The notes under the pieces are model-generated. The model was not told the DNA's origin. It made no database searches and saw nothing but the letters and a program-made list of their open reading frames with translations. 64,000 bases of DNA. Source: Candidatus Undinarchaeota archaeon. Its GTDB lineage: Archaea > SpSt-1190 > JASMDC01. Positions 60,422 through 64,000 of the stretch are shown in pieces (the stretch's first letter is position 1; each line of letters begins with the position of its first letter). The position numbers and the translations under genes are program-made. Where the stretch lies: assembly GCA_964519305.1 (NCBI GenBank), contig CAZFHY010000011.1, positions 70,400 to 134,399 of the forward strand, given 5' to 3'.

Positions 60422-62396
60422 CCGCACCATCATCCTCGTCAATGGACTTTTCCGTGTGCCCTGTAGCTGCGATACGCTTGTCAACTATGCTACCGATGAG
60501 GAAAAGGAACGCCGTGAAGCCGGCGAGCACTCCTACCCGTATCCGGTCATCACGGTTGTGCTCCGCAGTGATGGTAAGGTCGACAGCACGTTCCTTTGTG
60601 GAAACGGCAGCTTCCAGGGATACATTGAATGCCTCTGAGTGAGCGTTAGTACGCGCGGTATCGAGCAGCGCCTCCAGTTCCCGGACCTTCTCTGCCCCGA
60701 CACCGGACAGGCTTTGATTGGCGGCGCCCCGGAGCTCTTCTAGTGCAAACTCCGCCGATGCTATGGCGGTCAGACAATCAGTATAACCCTTGATACGCGT
60801 CTCCAGTACGGCTCCCTGTAACGCAAGCTCACGTGCGGGATCGACCACGCGACCATAGGACGAACTGTTGAACCGTGTTTCCAAGCTCAGGTACTCTTCC
60901 GTTAGCCGTGTGTATTCACTATGGTATCGCTTCTGGACGGCATTTTCAGCTCCGATGAACGCGGGCATGGCCGTGTTCAGTGTACGGGACGCTGTAACGA
61001 GGGAGGCTAGTGCCGCATCATGATTGTCCTTGATAGCTTCAAGGTTCTTCCTGAGCGTGGTAGCGAGGTCGCTGGCAACCGAACAAGCGTCCAGTGCTGC
61101 TTCCACACGTGAACGCTCAGGTAGCAATTGTGATGCCTTGAGCCGGTCGAGGAATACCTGGGCGATCCCCAGCTGCGAGCGCACATCGAGAATGCCCTTC
61201 TCCACCTCCACTGCAGCAGTGTCGTTCAGGGAGACTGCCATTGAGCTCTTCAGTTCCAGGGTTCTGTTGAGGATGAGTGATGCCGAGGTGTACGCCGAGG
61301 ATACCATGGTGTCTATGTCGGCACGTACCTCCTCCGCTGCCAGCGTTGTGCTGCGTTGGGCCTGCTGCGCGTTGTCCAGCGCGGTGAGCGTGAAGTCCTG
61401 CCCCTCTTCTGTCAAACCGGCATCCAGTCGGTTGAGGGCGCTCGTGAGGGCCGTTGTGGCCTGCTCGCGATGGGTCCGTGCCCGGTGGAGCAGATCGTCG
61501 TACTTCTGTGTTGTCAGTCCCTTCTCTGACAAGTACGTGATTATCGCCTCGGTAGTACCGAGCTGGGCGGCGGTCTCGATGGTGAGGTTCTCGACGGCCT
61601 CCACCTGAGTGCGGAGCCCGGCGGTACGCTCTTGACTTCGCCCCATGGCCTCAAGAGCGATGTCTTGTGCGGCATCCGCATAGAGTTGAGCGTCCAGGAA
61701 CTTGCTCTCCGCCTCACTGAGGTGTGAGAGGGCTGAGATGGGATCACCTGAACTCGCAGCGGTATCTGCGGATTCGAGCGCCTTGACACCGGCGCCCACT
61801 AGGCCTTGAGCGCGGACAAGGTCGCCGTCTGCGGTCGTCATGTCCAGCCCGATTGTGCGTGCCTCCTGGACCCGGTCCCTTGATAGATTCAATTTCCCTT
61901 CCACGGTCTGACGCAGTATGGCCGCAGAGAGCAGACGGTCGCTGGCCTGTTTTCCCAGTCGTTCCCGGTCCCTGAAGGACCGCTGGAGGGAAATGGATGT
62001 GGCGTTCGCTTCCTTGGCAAAGTCGCGTGCCTCTTGGATGTGGGAACGTGCGAGTGTATGGTATCCCATGAATAGCTCGTCGGATACCTCGCGATAATCG
62101 GCGGATTTTGTGAGATAGGACCGGGCTGTATCGAGCTCAACCAGCGCTTCACTAAGCGATGTCAATGCAACGGTCCGGTTGATAGCTTCATCGAGGCGGT
62201 TGACGGTCTCGTTGATATAGAGCACGAGGGATTTTGCATCGCTCATGCTCGCCGCAGTAATATCGAGCTCTGCATCGAAGTCCGTAGTGAACGTGGGCAC
62301 AGGGATCGTAGTGTTAGAGGTGCCATTGTCGTCCTCACTCAGTCCGGGGACTACTAGGAGCAGGAAGAGGACGAGGGGGAGCGTTGCCCTACGCAT
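60378..62396 (-). CDS. Secreted alpha-helical (coiled-coil-like) surface protein with N-glyco sequons and a C-terminal TM anchor.
   Basis: About 672 aa. Signal peptide MRRATLPLVLFLLLVVPGLS. C-terminal TM VGVLAGFTAFLFLIGSIV. The frame is open to 62420. Confidence 0.6.
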   Translation of the reverse strand: MRRATLPLVLFLLLVVPGLSEDDNGTSNTTIPVPTFTTDFDAELDITAASMSDAKSLVLYINETVNRLDEAINRTVALTSLSEALVELDTARSYLTKSADYREVSDELFMGYHTLARSHIQEARDFAKEANATSISLQRSFRDRERLGKQASDRLLSAAILRQTVEGKLNLSRDRVQEARTIGLDMTTADGDLVRAQGLVGAGVKALESADTAASSGDPISALSHLSEAESKFLDAQLYADAAQDIALEAMGRSQERTAGLRTQVEAVENLTIETAAQLGTTEAIITYLSEKGLTTQKYDDLLHRARTHREQATTALTSALNRLDAGLTEEGQDFTLTALDNAQQAQRSTTLAAEEVRADIDTMVSSAYTSASLILNRTLELKSSMAVSLNDTAAVEVEKGILDVRSQLGIAQVFLDRLKASQLLPERSRVEAALDACSVASDLATTLRKNLEAIKDNHDAALASLVTASRTLNTAMPAFIGAENAVQKRYHSEYTRLTEEYLSLETRFNSSSYGRVVDPARELALQGAVLETRIKGYTDCLTAIASAEFALEELRGAANQSLSGVGAEKVRELEALLDTARTNAHSEAFNVSLEAAVSTKERAVDLTITAEHNRDDRIRVGVLAGFTAFLFLIGSIVDKRIAATGHTEKSIDEDDGAVSPTPNADEEKASR

Positions 62397-63414
62397 TGTC
62401 CTTCTCCTCCTTCTGATCACTCATATGACAGCTCCCATGGCGCACGCTCTCGGCCAATCCAAGTCCAATACCCATGGCGAGCGGTCCATAGATAAGCCCT
62501 ACCGGTCCCATAGTCAACGGTCCGGCGATAAAAGCAACAAGTACGAGAAGAGGGTGGATCCCAGCATAGCTGCCCCCTATCTTGGGGTAGAGATAGAGGT
62601 TTGCGTACCCGGTGAGCACGACGAACCCGTATACGAACACAGCAACGGCCTTAAGGGCACTCCCGGTCATGAACTCCACGATTGCTACTGGCACGAACAC
62701 GGCATAGGGTCCGACGATGGGGAGGAGGGATGCGACCAGGGTGACCGCCCCGAGAAGTGCTGCATGGGACAGGCCCAGGATGGCGTATCCGATACCGGCC
62801 AATACACCGATGAAGATCGATGTGATAAGATGTCCGTAAAGCATCCCTCGGAGCACGTTCCCGACCGGCACCCAGATGGTCTCGAGCCATGACCTCAAGT
62901 GAGGGGGGATGAGGGAACACGCATAGCGCTCGGCCTCACGTCCCGAGAGGAAGTAGTAGAACATCGTAGCGAACATCATCAATAGTTGGATGAGCGCGAG
63001 AGGGAGGCTCAGAGAGATGCTCTGGACGCTCTCCTCGATAGTGCTCAGCATAGGCGTAAGGCCGGCCACCACCTTCGTTGGTAGGAACCGACGTAACACG
63101 ACCTCGCTGGCAGAGGACGATCCAATCTCTGTCATCATCTCACCCACATCGACCACAATGGAGTAGGCCGCGTAGAGACCAAGGAAGATGAGCGGTGCAG
63201 CCAGCAACAGGGTAGTGATGGCGGCGGCCAGGGTATCGGAATGGACCTTGCGCTTGATCGCTTCGTCCATAGGACGGAGTACATAAGCGAGCACAGCACC
63301 GGCCAACACTACGTCCACAAGCGGCTTGAGGACGTAGAGGATGAATAGGATCGCGAGGATGGACAGAACGCTCTTCAGCAGCGTGCCAGCCCCCTCGTCA
63401 CTCGATACTAGCAT
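62389..63414 (-). CDS. AI-2E family transporter (PerM/UPF0118) membrane protein.
   Basis: 341 aa. 7-8 TM helices with family-typical …LAYVLRPMDEAIKRK… and GLIYGPLAMGIGLGL. Confidence 0.7.
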   Translation of the reverse strand: MLVSSDEGAGTLLKSVLSILAILFILYVLKPLVDVVLAGAVLAYVLRPMDEAIKRKVHSDTLAAAITTLLLAAPLIFLGLYAAYSIVVDVGEMMTEIGSSSASEVVLRRFLPTKVVAGLTPMLSTIEESVQSISLSLPLALIQLLMMFATMFYYFLSGREAERYACSLIPPHLRSWLETIWVPVGNVLRGMLYGHLITSIFIGVLAGIGYAILGLSHAALLGAVTLVASLLPIVGPYAVFVPVAIVEFMTGSALKAVAVFVYGFVVLTGYANLYLYPKIGGSYAGIHPLLVLVAFIAGPLTMGPVGLIYGPLAMGIGLGLAESVRHGSCHMSDQKEEKDNA

Positions 63415-63911
63415 GAGATGGGCAGCGACTCTAACGTATTTATATATGAATGAATTTCCTCGACATGGAACGCGTTATCCATCTGGACCAAGGGCATCCC
63501 ACAACATGGACACAGGAAATCGTGCTCGAAGGCCAGGTCGAACGCCTCCCTGAGGCATCCTTTCGTGCATCGGAAGAAGTGGTTCTCACGCTCGAAGGTC
63601 AGCTTCTGCTTCAGAAGGTGTATGGTACGTCGGCGGGTCTTGTCCACCAGCTCGACCAGACGTGGGAGGTCCAAAGACCAGAAGTAGATCCACCATCCAT
63701 CCTGGCCCCTCTCCTTGCGGAACCTGACCAGCCGGCTCTCATACAGGCGTTGGAGCGTGCCGCGGACTACATGCATATCCATATTGAGCCGAGTCGCCAG
63801 CTCGTTCTCTGCTACCTCGTTCATCCCGTCCAGACATCTGACTATCTCGATCGCGCGGATCCCACCCAAATCTGCGATGAGGTCCAGCACTGGCACTTTT
63901 GTGAGGAGCAT
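63408..63911 (-). CDS. tfe: Transcription factor E, alpha subunit (TFE/TFIIE-alpha homolog).
   Basis: 167 aa. N-terminal winged helix. C-terminal Zn ribbon FRCTKGCLREAFDLAFEHDFLCPCCGMPL. Confidence 0.75.
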   Translation of the reverse strand: MLLTKVPVLDLIADLGGIRAIEIVRCLDGMNEVAENELATRLNMDMHVVRGTLQRLYESRLVRFRKERGQDGWWIYFWSLDLPRLVELVDKTRRRTIHLLKQKLTFERENHFFRCTKGCLREAFDLAFEHDFLCPCCGMPLVQMDNAFHVEEIHSYINTLESLPISC

Positions 63912-64000
63912 AGTGGACCCTTCCCGGGGGATATAAATCTCTCAATAGAGCGAGTCCGAGAAGTGCCCGTCCATGCCGGGTGTTGAGCGCACCCCACCCT

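Noticed and set aside
63450-63986. 178-aa + strand ORF.
   Set aside because: Antisense to tfe, which has a clear winged helix plus Zn-ribbon architecture.
1-64000. CRISPR arrays, IS elements/transposases, rRNA genes.
   Set aside because: I found no direct-repeat/spacer periodicity, no transposase/integrase-like ORFs and no rRNA-like segments on reading the sequence.

Overview
This 64 kb window is high-GC (about 60%) and clearly archaeal. It carries ribosomal proteins L15e and L35Ae, an archaeal-type CCA-adding enzyme, class I LysRS, archaeal-type LeuRS and topoisomerase I, TFE-alpha, IorAB, a PDCD5-like DNA-binding protein, UPF0148/UPF0201 proteins and a PAC2 chaperone. Embedded at about 30.4-42.2 kb, co-directional on the + strand, is a complete bacterial-microcompartment (BMC) locus. 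It has 2 BMC-H, 2 BMC-T and 3 BMC-P shell genes. Its enzymes are an acylating aldehyde dehydrogenase, a PduS-like Fe-S flavoprotein, deoxyribose-phosphate aldolase (DeoC) with a long N-terminal extension, RpiB, a bacterial-type triosephosphate isomerase and a class II (FucA/AraD-like) aldolase. Several of these carry N-terminal amphipathic encapsulation-peptide-like helices. This looks like a sugar-phosphate-utilising (SPU-like) metabolosome inside an archaeal chromosome, and it is the most striking feature of the window. Other notable content: a minus-strand, translationally coupled operon (ATGA overlaps) of a membrane-anchored winged-helix regulator, a secreted triple-repeat protein and a giant (>1050 aa, runs off the window edge) Cys-rich repeat secreted protein whose repeats generate the many spurious ORFs at 1-3100; a paralogous membrane wHTH regulator next to a tRNA-Arg; tandem M18 aminopeptidase paralogs; two large N-glycosylation-sequon-rich surface proteins; a bacterial-type MetK; an arginine-catabolic pair (amidinotransferase-family enzyme + OTCase); a chorismate mutase / TrpE(PabB)-TrpG cluster; several short AT-rich islands; and three genes whose conserved N-termini lack a canonical ATG/GTG/TTG start.
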